Positions 37,601 through 49,222 of a stretch of DNA of 64,000 bases are shown here, one piece after another. This DNA comes from Trichinella spiralis (taxonomy: Eukaryota): the NCBI RefSeq assembly GCF_000181795.1, contig NW_003526943.1:6356219-6420218 (forward strand), read 5' to 3'. The notes under the pieces are model-generated. The model was not told where the DNA came from, made no database searches, and was given only the letters and a program-made list of their open reading frames with translations. Positions within the stretch are counted from its first letter, which is position 1; the number at the start of each line of letters is the position of its first letter. A program made the position numbers and the translations under genes.

Positions 37601-39770
37601 AGCTCAGTCGGTTAGAGCGTGGTGCTAATAACGCTAAGGTCGTGGGTTCGACCCCCACTCTGGCCAGTTGGTTTTGTTTGCACATTATTTATTATAAAAT
37701 TAATGTTTTTACTTCTCTGTGACATATTTTATTTAATTTTTAAGTAACCTAGGATTAGATGAAGTTTGTGCAATTTTAACAGTCAATGATATGCTTATGA
37801 TGATTGCAATTCATAAATTATTTGTAGAAAAGTTTTGTATGCCAGATAGCTCAGTTGGTTAGAGCGTGGTGCTAATAACGCTAAGCTTGTGGGTTCGACT
37901 CCCACTCTGGCCGTGCTTTTTCAGTTTATTCCTCTAACATTTCAATTCGATTTTTCATTACATATATATATATTGGTTTAGGATAACGAAAACAGTGAAT
38001 TCAAGTGAGAATTGCTTAGTACAAATATTCTGGTAACTGATCAACGGACTGTTACCTTATGTGTATAAGCCATAATTGATTTTTCAATCGTGGTGTTGAG
38101 ATTTTATTTCAGTAATTATTTTTTAATGTTATTTCAGTTATTTTGGTTAGAAAACATGATTATGATTGAACCGTTTGCTATTTTTTATTTTACCAGAATA
38201 CTTGAACTAAATTGTATGAATTACTGACAAAAGGTGTCTGGAATTTTTTATCATGTCGATCGAAGTGCCATGAAATTCTTGAAATCTCGATCTGATTAAA
38301 TTCCACGATCTGTTTCAGTTGGAGAGGGCGATTTATGTTTAGAAATGCCTTTTAGTTAATTAAAGGATTTATTTACCTTCAGTTTTTATTTTTTTAATTT
38401 CTATAGTGAAATTTCAACATGAGTAAATGTTGAGTTTTATTGCACAATTAATGGAGTGTAGCGGTTATGATTGCGTAACAATTTAAAAATAGTCATGATC
38501 GAAAGGAAGAAATAACGTTGGCGCCAATTCAAGAATGATAATTACGTTGGCCGATTTTAATAAAGGAGAAGGCCGGCACAAACATCTTGAGTTACTATTA
38601 CACATTTATCTTAAATCTATTCAAAATATGACATGTTGATATTAATTATTGCTGACAATTAATTGTATTATCATTATTGTACAGTTAATCTCATTGAAAA
38701 ATAAGATAATTTTTAATACTGAAATAGTTTCAAAGTAATACAAATCAAATATTCCCTATTTATGTCACTTTTGTTTTATTAATAAATACTTTCTGATCAT
38801 CCAGACTTTTTTAAAGCTTTTTATTCTTATTCGTACTGTTTAAGTGTTTTATTTGGAACTGGTTATTAAGCAGTACTCTTAGCATTATAATTGCTGAGGT
38901 GACCAATTAGCAAAATGACTGCCAAATAATTTCACCATCGAAATATCAGATTATTTGCAATAAAAGTTATTAGGTGAATGATTTCTCATCGGCCGGATAG
39001 CTCAGTCGGTTAGAGCGTGGTGCTAATAACGCTAAGGTCGTGGGTTCGAGCCCCACTCTGGCCATGCCGTTTTTCATTGCTTTTACTTGTAAATATTTTT
39101 GCATTTAAATGATAAACTTAATGCTTAATTGTTTACTGGTTAAATTAAATGATTGGAAATTTAATATTTTTACGCAATCATTGATATTTCACGAAGAAGT
39201 TCTTTGTTATTTTTCTTAGTGAAACTAAGTAATTATTTATTAGACATCTTTTTTGAAAATTCTTTTAATTTAAGAATACATGACAGATGTGTTATGTTGT
39301 TATTTTGGTCATTTTATAAAACTAAATTTAGTTGGGTTAAATTTCGAATGTTTTTTCTGATCTTTCTATTCTTTATTCTAGTATGAATGTGCGGATGGTC
39401 GCCTTTGGTTGAAAATACTGAATGGTACATGGCGCTATCCGTGCTACAAAAGTGGCCAAGTGATACATTTGCGTAAAATTGTGGGCGATTGGTATCACGA
39501 AGGCTCGATAATTTGCCCACATTGTACAGAACTCTGCCAGGTAAGTTCTCCATTCCAAAAGATGAATAAGAATTCTATAAGTTTGATAATATCATTTTTC
39601 AGGAGAATTTTACGTGTCTACCAGAATCTGAACCTGCCATGTATATTGGAGACGAGGTGCAACACCTCCGCTGTGGGTGTGCATCGAACTTCAGTCATCG
39701 CGTAGTTGAAATGATCATTTTGCTTTACTTAACTAGAATTGTTGGGTACATTTTACGGTTCCGCCTATGA
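34641..39770 (+). CDS. LMLN: Leishmanolysin-like peptidase (invadolysin, peptidase M8), 13 exons
   Basis: Signal peptide in exon 34641-34748. In-frame exons encode [26 protein letters not shown], zinc motif [50 protein letters not shown] and GCYE/YEC. Hydrophobic C-terminus (possible GPI signal); stop at 39768-39770. Confidence 0.95.
37593..37666 (+). tRNA. tRNA-Ile(AAT)
   Basis: GGCCGGATAGCTCAGTCGGTTAGAGCGTGGTGCT-AAT-AACGCTAAGGTCGTGGGTTCGACCCCCACTCTGGCCA; cloverleaf with A and B boxes and a downstream T run. Confidence 0.95.
37840..37913 (+). tRNA. tRNA-Ile(AAT), divergent copy (possible pseudogene)
   Basis: Same body, but T at position 1 (mismatch with C72), G discriminator, and an altered variable loop (AGCTT). 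Confidence 0.75.
38991..39064 (+). tRNA. tRNA-Ile(AAT)
   Basis: Identical to 37593-37666 except for one T-loop base; followed by a T run. Confidence 0.95.
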
Positions 39771-39879
39771 GGCAGCCAATAAGTTGCTTTATCGACAAAC
39801 TGTGTGTGAATTTTTTCCGTCTTATACAATTATTAGTAAAACAACTGTAATCTCGTATACAGCTGAAAGTTTTATTCAG

Positions 39880-40838
39880 CTAGAAATAGCAAAGTTTATT
39901 TACTCGAATATTATCCATCCGTTCAGATTTCTTTTTCAACCACGGCGCTTCTGGTGGAGTGCTGGTGTAGTCGAAGTGCTTCTCCTCGAAATGATGCCAC
40001 TCGGTTTTTGCACGGAAGCCTTTTACATAGCGTCGAAAACGTAAACTTGGCACGTACGTAGAGCTTTTCGGAAACGCCGTAATGCCGCTGTGTTGTTCAT
40101 CAGTCAGTGGATGGAAACGAACAGCATCTTCCAAAATGTGTACATTTTTTGGCAACTGTGAACTTCGGGCCATCTTACTGTAATCGCTAGTGATGCTAAC
40201 CGGCTTGAGGAAATAATTTAGCACGTCTTCCATTGTTTTCAATTCATGCAAGCAGCTATTTAAAATCAATTTTCCCAAACTTATTTCTAAGTGATTCAAA
40301 ATTTGAAATTTCATTTTCGCATCCTCCAGTGAAAACTCTTTCCAATTTTCATTCCAAGACGGACAGTACTTTTTCACTGCATTTTCTAAACGGTTCTGTA
40401 AATCTTCCGGGGGGACATAAACGTTTAAATGTTTCAGAACACTAAACATCAGTAAATTTAGTCAAATTCAGCTTCCATAGAATTTACTTTGATTTCCATT
40501 ATTATTACTGTTTCTATGTTGCTGTTTCTATCTTTAAATAAGAAGAAACTTGTTGTAATTTGTAATGTGAATTTAAATTTAAAATGCACGTAACAGTGAA
40601 ATACAAAACTATGTTGAAATATCAAATACTAGATGCAAAAAAACAAAACGTTATTAAGCAAAAACGTTCACCTCCTAGCTCTGATTTTGTCCTGTGCAAC
40701 AAAATCATGCTGGCCAGTTTTTTCTTCAGCAACTAAATTTTCTTCTATACATGATTCCTTTTTAATTCCCATGCTTGAAGTCGAAATTGTTTGGTGCAAA
40801 ATATTGCAGCTAGGAATATTGGAAAGTAGTCGCAGCAT
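39880..40838 (-). CDS. MRPL50: Mitochondrial ribosomal protein L50 (mL50), 242 aa, 2 exons
   Basis: Exons 40838-40672 and 40441-39880 join in frame. N-terminus resembles a mitochondrial presequence. Motifs KFQIL...NSCLHELKTMEDVLNYFLKPV...LPKNVHI..RFHP...GITAFPKSSTYV.SLR...KGF match invertebrate mRpL50 as recalled. Confidence 0.85.
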
Positions 40839-41095
40839 ATCCGAAAAATATTTTTCGGATGATTTTACGCTGAATCACGGAATTAAATATTAAAATGAAA
40901 AAAAAAACAAAATCTGAATTACTGTAAACTGTAACTACTCTATCTTGATTATCATTTATAATTATTTTGGAATATTGTGTCTTTTAATTTAATTTAATTT
41001 AAATGAGGCATTCATATTTTTTTATCTATTAATTTTCTTATAACTTTTTATATTATATTTTATATATTATGTATGAATTATATATTGATACTGTA

Positions 41096-42979
41096 TGTAA
41101 AAGACGGAACGATGGATTTGTACATAATTATTATAACCTTACTGTATTATCATTGCTTAGAGAAAAAAAGTACTACTGACGGACTGACCACTTGTGGTCA
41201 GTTTGAATACGTCATTCTGTGTTCATTATTTTTGTAGTTTTCACAGTTTTGACCTTTGAAACCTTGTATTACTCTGTTCCTATTGCGTTAGGAAGAAAAT
41301 GAAATCTTAGAGATCCGATGTATCGCAGAAGATTTCATTGAGAATCAGACTGATGAAAAAAAGGTAGAGACTGTGAAGAACGGAAGCGACACCAGCGTCA
41401 CCATTCGTCTGCCTCGGTATGAATTACCGAAGTTCCATGGAGACGTGTTGGAATTCACAGCCTTCTGGGAGCAATTTGAAGACAGTATGCACTCACATCA
41501 GGATATCAGTGACTCGGCGAAGTTCTCACATCTTTGTTCGTCTCTCGGTGGATCTGTTCTTGCAGCACTAAATGACTTATCTCTTACAGTGGTAAATTGC
41601 TTCGCTGCGACTAAAATTTTGAAAGACTGTTTTGGTCGCAGGCGCCGTCTGATGATGTAATGCCACATGAGAAAGCTGTTGGAAGAAGAACCGTGCGTGA
41701 AAACTTCTGCTGAGAAATTCTGCCGAGCAGCTGTGTGTTCAACTGAATTTACATGTACGCGTGTTTAGAGCGCTTGGGAAAGATTTCACTTCTTGACGAA
41801 TTACTGCTGCAGAAGTCATGTTGGAACTGTTCGAATTTACTTTTCTTTTCGTCATCAGGAAAAAATGGGAAGAAGAAGTTTTCGTGGACTATGCGAAGAA
41901 CTCCGATATAGCTTGGTTAGCTTCATTTTTGAAGAAACAGGTGCGTAATGAAACATTCAGTTGCTAGGACGCAGCTCTTGGGTCATCCTAGGTCAGCTAA
42001 AGCTATAAAAACACATGCGAACGCCGAGAAAGTGACTACAGCTGCCGCATTACAAGCAAAGGTAGAATCTCAGTCAGACAGTAGTGCTTTCTGTGTGGTG
42101 CACATATCGTCTTTCACCGTCGGAAATTTTCACAAGCGACGCCCGAAGAGCGATGGAGTTTATGTGAAAAACGAGGCCTTTGTTTTTATTGCCTTTATAA
42201 AGGTCATGTAGCAAAGCGGTGTTCCCAAAAGAAACCCTGTGGTAAAGCTGCTTGGAATCTAAAGCATCATAGACCGTTACATCAATCAGGAACAATGGGA
42301 AATTTGAAACCAGCAATGGGTGGATATACGTCATGAAGGAGAAATAAAGCAGTACCCGGACGCCCCAGCAATGGGAAGATATATGTTGGGAAGGAGAAAA
42401 AAAGCAGCATCCGGACGCCCGAGCAATGGGTGGATATACGTCATGAAGAAGAAATAAAGCAGCATCCAGGCGCCCTTGAAGAGAGTTGCTTGTTGATTGG
42501 AACATTGCGGATTAATGGCGATTATCTGGAGTATATAATGGACCCATCTCGATGCCAAATTTTCAGCAACTTGGTAAGAGTGATTACTTGCTATCTCCCA
42601 TTCGTAAAGAATTTCCGAAAGAAATCGAATCAGAGGCAGTTAGAACTAACAGTAGAGGAACTGAATAAGGCAGAACTTTATTGGTATAAAACGAAGCGGT
42701 TTGATGAATTCCGCTCGTCCAAACAATGAAGAAATTGCAGTTGATCGAACCGGTAGTGGTATGATGGCATCACTCCATCGGCGGCCAGGTGTAAACGACG
42801 GAACGATGGATTTGTACGTGATCATCATTATATCCTTACTCTATTATCATTGTTTAGAGGAAATAGTATTGACGGACTGATCAGTTGCGGTCAGTCTGTG
42901 TGTGTCGTTTTGTGTTCATTATTTTCGTTGTTTTCCCAGCTTTGGTCTTTGAAACCTTGTTATTACTCTGTTCCTCTCA
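41096..42979 (+). mobile_element. Internally deleted BEL/Pao LTR retrotransposon with two diverged ~190-bp LTRs
   Basis: Direct repeats 41096-~41281 and 42790-42979 (TGTAAA.GACGGAACGATGGATTTGTAC...CTTTGAAACCTTGT.ATTACTCTGTTCCT). PPT-like GGCGGCCAGG precedes the 3' LTR. Gag fragment IRLPRYELPKFHGDVLEFTAFWEQF (DUF1759-like) and pol remnant LVRVITCY..F....LTVEELNKAELYW. Confidence 0.9.
42311..42475 (+). repeat. 55-bp tandem repeat, 3 imperfect copies, inside the BEL element
   Basis: Units start at 42311, 42366 and 42421: (C/G)AGCAATGGG..GATATA.GT...GAAG.AGAAA.AAAGCAG...CC.G.CGCCC. Confidence 0.9.
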
Positions 42980-43843
42980 TATATGAGTAAATATTGGTAT
43001 ATTATTCGTGTGATCAAAGAAAGAGAAGAAGATGTTATTAGTAAATATTGGTCTTATTGAAACTCCGCAGGGCAAGCATTTAAAGTTTGTTCTTGCTTAT
43101 TGGAATTTCGTAATTTGCAGCAAGATCTTTACAGGAAGCCACTACATCATCATCATCATTTAGTACATGCATCATTTATTTTTGGCGATAGTCCAGATGA
43201 CTGATTTACACAACGATTGTTATGGAAATGTAAAAGTTTATGCATGAATTTCTAGGTTGGATAGCAAATGCTGCAGTGTATCTCTACTTAGTGTTGAAAG
43301 TGAAAAAATTGTAACGTGGCGGAGTAAGTACCGCACTGGAGTGGACGACATCGTTCCTGAATCGATCCACGATAGACGGCTCCACTAAAAACGAATTTTA
43401 AAATCACATAACTTCTCTTCTTTTCCAAATATTTGATTCCTTGTAGCAATGCAAAAAGAAGTTAATTTCAACTTTTACTCATTAGCAATGATTTACAAAT
43501 TCTGAAACTTTTAAATAAGCAAAAGCTTCAATAAAAAAGAAAAAAAGTTTAAATTTCAAAAATTAACAATTAACATGAAAAAATCTCAAAACGATCAGGT
43601 TTCAATTAAATCGACAAATATCACGCAGTTCAAAATTCTGAATGCCTAAGTATATTTCCACTCAAAACAGTGCAGTGAAATTCACAACGTAATGAGAAAC
43701 TTCCTCCTATTTGACTATGCAGAAATTATTTTAAAAAGTTACAAAAATTAAATAATACAGCGAAACAGTGAGCTTAAACAAGCAATAGCATTATCAGCAG
43801 AAAATGTGACACGAAAAGAATGCTCTTATTGCTTCAGGTAAAA

Positions 43844-46800
43844 TTAATTTTTCGAAGGTAAATCACGATTTGCCTCTTCTACGTTGTCGCTGCCATCCGC
43901 AGACGTGAGATTAAGTAAGCAACCAACTGCGCCAAAATAACCCTAAAATAGAAAACAAATTTATATTTACTTTCAAAATTTCTTTTTAAAATCACATACT
44001 TCGTGACGCATAAATAGAGCTTTGACTTTATTCTCAGACCAATATGCCAATGCATGCGCAATATGCCTCATCGATATTGAATTTATGCGAAAAAAGTTCC
44101 CAACAAAAAGAATAGTTTTCAATTTCTAAATTATAAATAAATCAGTATTTTCAATTAAAAAATACAACCTAAATCATAGTTATTCACTAATTTTAAATTA
44201 CTTCAATTAATTGTGGATTGTTAATGCCAATTTGATATTATGAATATGGCAAATAAAACGTACTTCTATTCTGGCACATAAAAATGAAAGACTAGCAATG
44301 TTGTAAGTGATTGATACCAAAGCAGAAGAAGCAAGATCTTCTTTCGTAGTTTGTTTCTGCTTTTCTGGATGAATCATATTACCAAAACTGTAATTATAAT
44401 AACAAAGAGGATTAAGAAGAAACGCATTATATCAAAGGATTACCTAGAAGCAACAGTTGAAGCCTTCAAATTGAATGGTGCGTAATCGCCACCGTATATA
44501 TCACCAACAAGCTTGTCAACTTTGTTATTTTCGCCTAGGGAAGCTAACTCTAAAGCCTGTTCAAACGTTTCACAGCCAGTCAGCAAGCAACAAAGTCCGT
44601 GAAACGTACCCCCGCCTAAACTAAAAAATCTCACCATTACCAAAATTTGTTATCTTCTTAACAAATATTCATTCATTTGAAGAAAAATATAGCAAACAAA
44701 AAAGTCAACATAACAAATTAAATTCAAAATAAAAATGAAAAAAAACCAAACCTGGTCCCTGAAACTCTACGAAACGAATGATCTTCGGCAACTGCCAAAA
44801 TCGACACACCGGAGCCAACGTTGACCACAAGATAAGGTGGATCAACCCTGCTTGTCAAAAATTCCGATTTGCATGTTTCATTGTCCAATGGATTTGTGTA
44901 ATAAAACGCTTCAAGTGAATTATGCTTTAATATATACTGAATACCAGAAATCAGCGTATGCAGTTCATCCATTTTCTTGAACTTCAAACTCAGACTCTAC
45001 AACAAAAATATAAATCAAAATAAAAGACTTTTATTATGTCCTAAAAGAATATCCAATTTTTAAAGTTAACAGTTGTTCTATTTTATTAACTACGTGTATA
45101 AATTGTCCATGTGCATATACTTTCAAATGCAATTCTTAAATTTGATTTTACACAGCAATGATCATAATTAAGTTAGGCAAAAAGAAGAAACTTCTTTTCT
45201 GTAACGCTATTTCAAAAAATATGAGGCCAAAATATGCAGTGAAATTTTATAATTACAAAAACAGCATGTACAATAATAAATGTTTGCTTCATCATTAATT
45301 TTAATGACTTTGACATTTTTCGCAAGATCTGTATATTTTATAAAAATAAAATTTGCATAAAAAACAAATTCATATTGAAAAAATAATTTAAAAAATAAAT
45401 ATTTCGTACGAATTATTTTATTTATGCACTGATAAAAATATTTTGCAAAGTAATTAATATGTTAATTCACTTTTACCGTCCTTTCACTTTGAACAGTTTT
45501 TAATTTGTGCTTCTTACTGTAAAGGTAAACCTGCATTTTCAAATGTGGAAAATTCACATTTGATTTTACTATTACAATCAAAGCGATTGTTTTAAAACTA
45601 ATCTGCACCAATTTGATCCACAACATTTTACGAAAAATTTACACCATAAAAAGAATAAAATAGACAGTTTATCAGTAATATGACGAAAACTGCAAAACTG
45701 TTCGTATATCACGTATGTTTGACAGAATAAAACTAAAATTACAAATCAAAATCAATCATGTAGAAAATGAAAGTTATTAAAATTAATTACTTATGCATCA
45801 TAAATTTATATGTAATTAGTGTCACACATGTCATGTCAAACGTTTTTCTCAATAATTTTAAATTAATTTCATATTTTCTTTGTCATTATCAAGTTATAAA
45901 TTTAACTTTTCGCGCAAATGCTTTCCCCGATATCTTGAAATGAAGAAAGAAAAAATATTAAACGTGACACCAGTGTTCCTTTCCTATTATAACGCATAAA
46001 TTAATAAATAAAATAATGTACTTAATCAAAACTGTCACTGACCTCTTCCATTATCGTTGTGCAGTGTATACTGCTTCAAGTTATTGCTATTTTTTCCATA
46101 ATAAAAATCAGTTTAAAAAATACTGCCCTGATTTGAGTTTCAACGAAGTATAAACTAGTTGTTCCAAAATGAATAGTGTATTTCAAAAATAGCGAAGAAA
46201 TGAAAGTGATAACATCAGTTTTCCATATAATAATTAATTTAAAATTTGCTATCAGTTGGCACAATCTTTTCCAGTCTGTAGCTTCTAACTGAACATATCA
46301 AAAAATTCTACATTCAGTGAATTTCAAGAATATCAATGCTAGAAAATACAATAAAAATGTTTTTAGTAAAAGTTAGAAAAGTTACAAATTTTCAAAATTA
46401 AAAATATCCAATAATCTAACTTCAATTTTTTTCAAATAAGTAAATTTTTAAAAATATTCTAAAACAATATTAAAAATTTCCCTTATGAAGACACTCAAAT
46501 ATTCACCTGACAAGCAGAATCATATTTGTGAGCACCACCTCCAGTAGCGCAAACAGTGCTACTGTTCGGTGCTAAACCTTTGGATTTTGTCAAGGCAATG
46601 AAGCCAGGCATGTTGCTGGTAGGAAACCTTATAAAATGAAGTGTTCCAATTCTACCCTAAATGAAATATTTTAGAAAATAAAACTGAAGTGTAAATGAAA
46701 AACGAACGTTAATTTTTTGATCTTCCAACTGCAGATTTACATCCCGAACACCACTGTCACCATAGGCGGTTTTGCTCAACAGATAATGTCTGATTTTTCG

Positions 46801-47050
46801 TGTTGTCTCGGCTTCTGGAACAGAATTCACCCTCTCATCAGTTGGCTCAAAATATACCAATTTCACCAGAGTACCACCAATGTCAATTCCAAACCAAGGC
46901 ATCACTTCAAAATATTAAATAACCTTTTCGAAATGAAACAGGTCCTCACAACATACATGGTTCATCTGCTGATAAATTGTGATCTTTCCATCCAGCTGGA
47001 GGATTTATTTTATGACCGCTGCTTGAGCAAAATTTCGAACACCAATCCAT
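43844..47050 (-). CDS. PANK: Type II pantothenate kinase (PANK/fumble), 8 exons
   Basis: Exons 47050-46957, 46904-46708, 46656-46507, 44996-44752, 44620-44444, 44387-44264, 44125-44000 and 43942-43844 join in frame. Motifs: [81 protein letters not shown]. Confidence 0.95.
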
Positions 47051-48916
47051 GGCTGAATAAAATTAATTTCTGAAAACACTAATTAGAAATTAATTTGGAA
47101 CAAGAAACAAAACAACAACAAAAAATATTCCTAGAATAATAAACAGAAGATAATAATAAATAATCCTCTTATCAATAATCAACAGAAGTGTCCACTCAAT
47201 TCTTATTCTCCTCTGCCCATTTCGGTTAATGAACAAATATATATATATATACTCAGTGATGACTAAAGTTCTAAATAAATATAATAACTGTTTGAAGCAA
47301 ATGATATCAACTAACGTATACTACAAAGCAATAAAAGCATCATGTAAATTCTCAAAAAATATTCTCTAAACATTCAACACATACACGTGCTAAAAAAGAA
47401 ATGATAGCAGTAGCAAAAATTTACTACATACGCATTAGCTTTATATTAAAAATGAATTATCGTTTTTAATTTACTTTATAAGCAAAATTAGCATAACAGT
47501 ACCCAACAAAATGTAGTGATCAATTGATAATAGTGAACGAATATTTTGATTTAAAATATAAATATTAATCGTCAAATAATCTTGAAATATATAATAAAAT
47601 AAGAAAAAATAAAGATTACTTATCAAAAATTTGAAATTTTATTTGGCGAAAACATACGGTTCATTTAAGATTACACTTGTCAAAATGCAGGAACAATTTA
47701 ATTATCGAGTAATCACGCAGTGATTATTTAGCTGACAAGTGATAAATTTTAGACTTAAATCCTACAATGAATTTAAAATTTTTGTAGAGAAAGTTCACAA
47801 CTCTCTTCAGATTTTTATAAATTGCATTTTTTTCAAAAATAAAACAAACATTTAAATGTAAAAAATGTGACATGATTGTGCCCTATTTCAATCAACAAAT
47901 GTTTGGTTCATAATGTCCCCTTTTATGAAGTAAATGTTTTAAATCAGATATTTTATACTTTTGATAAAACGTTGTCTACACAAATGTAAATAAATTAAAG
48001 TCAAATTAAATAAAAAGCAGCACCAATTAAAAAAAGAATGAAATAGTATACGTAAAAATGTAATGATTATTTATTTATTTTGTAGAATTAAACATAGAAA
48101 TTGACAAAAAGAACTTTAAGCAAACGTTGTGAAAAATTTAAGTACAAAAGATCAAATTGAAAAAAATTAAATATAAAAAATGGATAGCGATTTGCAATTC
48201 ATTTTAATATTGCATATTTTTAGCGGTAAATGCGTTTTTATACATCATAACACCTAATTTTCTATTCTTACTGTCATATGGAAAAGACAGAAAATAAATG
48301 AATAAAATATAATTGAGCTTTGCTTGAAAAATTTTTGATATATATAGATATAGTTTATAAATGATGAATTTATAAATTTGGAAGCAAATTCTATAGTTTT
48401 CTCATTTATAAATGTTGATGAACAGTTACTGGATTTGTGTATTTAGATAATTTTACATGTGGTGATAATAATTTGAAAAAACTTAATGACGCGTTGACAG
48501 TAAAGTTACGGAAGCAGCTTGAAAGTTTGGAAGATTAATGACGGAAATGGTTGTTACAGTGGGCAGTTTTATCGTGCATCTGTTTCGTAAAGTTTGTTCT
48601 GCCTGCTTGGTGAAATCTTGGAAAACCGGTAGCGAAAATTTTCAAATAAGGTCAGTAATTGTGCATGATTTTAAAGTTATATTTTAAAATTTACATCAAT
48701 CCTGGTCTGTACATTCTGTAATGGAATATTTGAAAAATTTTTCGCGTTGATTATTCATTAAATTTTTCGTGATGATTTCTTTTCAGTTTGTGGTGTAGAT
48801 TTTTTCCTTTTTCTTTTGAATACTAACATCAAACAGCATTATTAGTAGTTACCACATTTGTTCTGATGCAGACGGTGCCTGTTTGGTGACTGGCTTAAGA
48901 ATGAGCTTTTACTGGG

Positions 48917-49222
48917 TCAGGGTTGGAGAGATCTTTTTGATGAAAATTCAGCCGTCGCCTTTTCACTCTCAATTTCGCGCTGATTGTTCGCACAAGGTCG
49001 ATCCTCACTTTCTTCGTTTAAGCGCTTTTCGTTTACATACGGTAAGCAAGTATGCTTCATTGCTTGATTCGAAAATTGCAAAGCATCTTTAAAATGTTCC
49101 AAAATGCAATTCATTTTTGAATTTATTTCCTCTGCGTCTTTTTTCATAACTGTTTTCAGCAGTTGATTTAGCATTTCTTGTAAGCCTCCATGCCAAATAG
49201 TTTCACTCATTCTGCTCTTCAT
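48917..49222 (-). other. Unassigned 101-aa ORF, possibly a gene fragment or pseudogene
   Basis: ATG-initiated and hydrophilic, with protein-like composition in a less AT-rich patch. No recognised family. Confidence 0.25.

Noticed and set aside
42311..42475. CRISPR-like repeat array
   Set aside because: Contiguous tandem units with no unique spacers, no cas genes, inside a eukaryotic retroelement.
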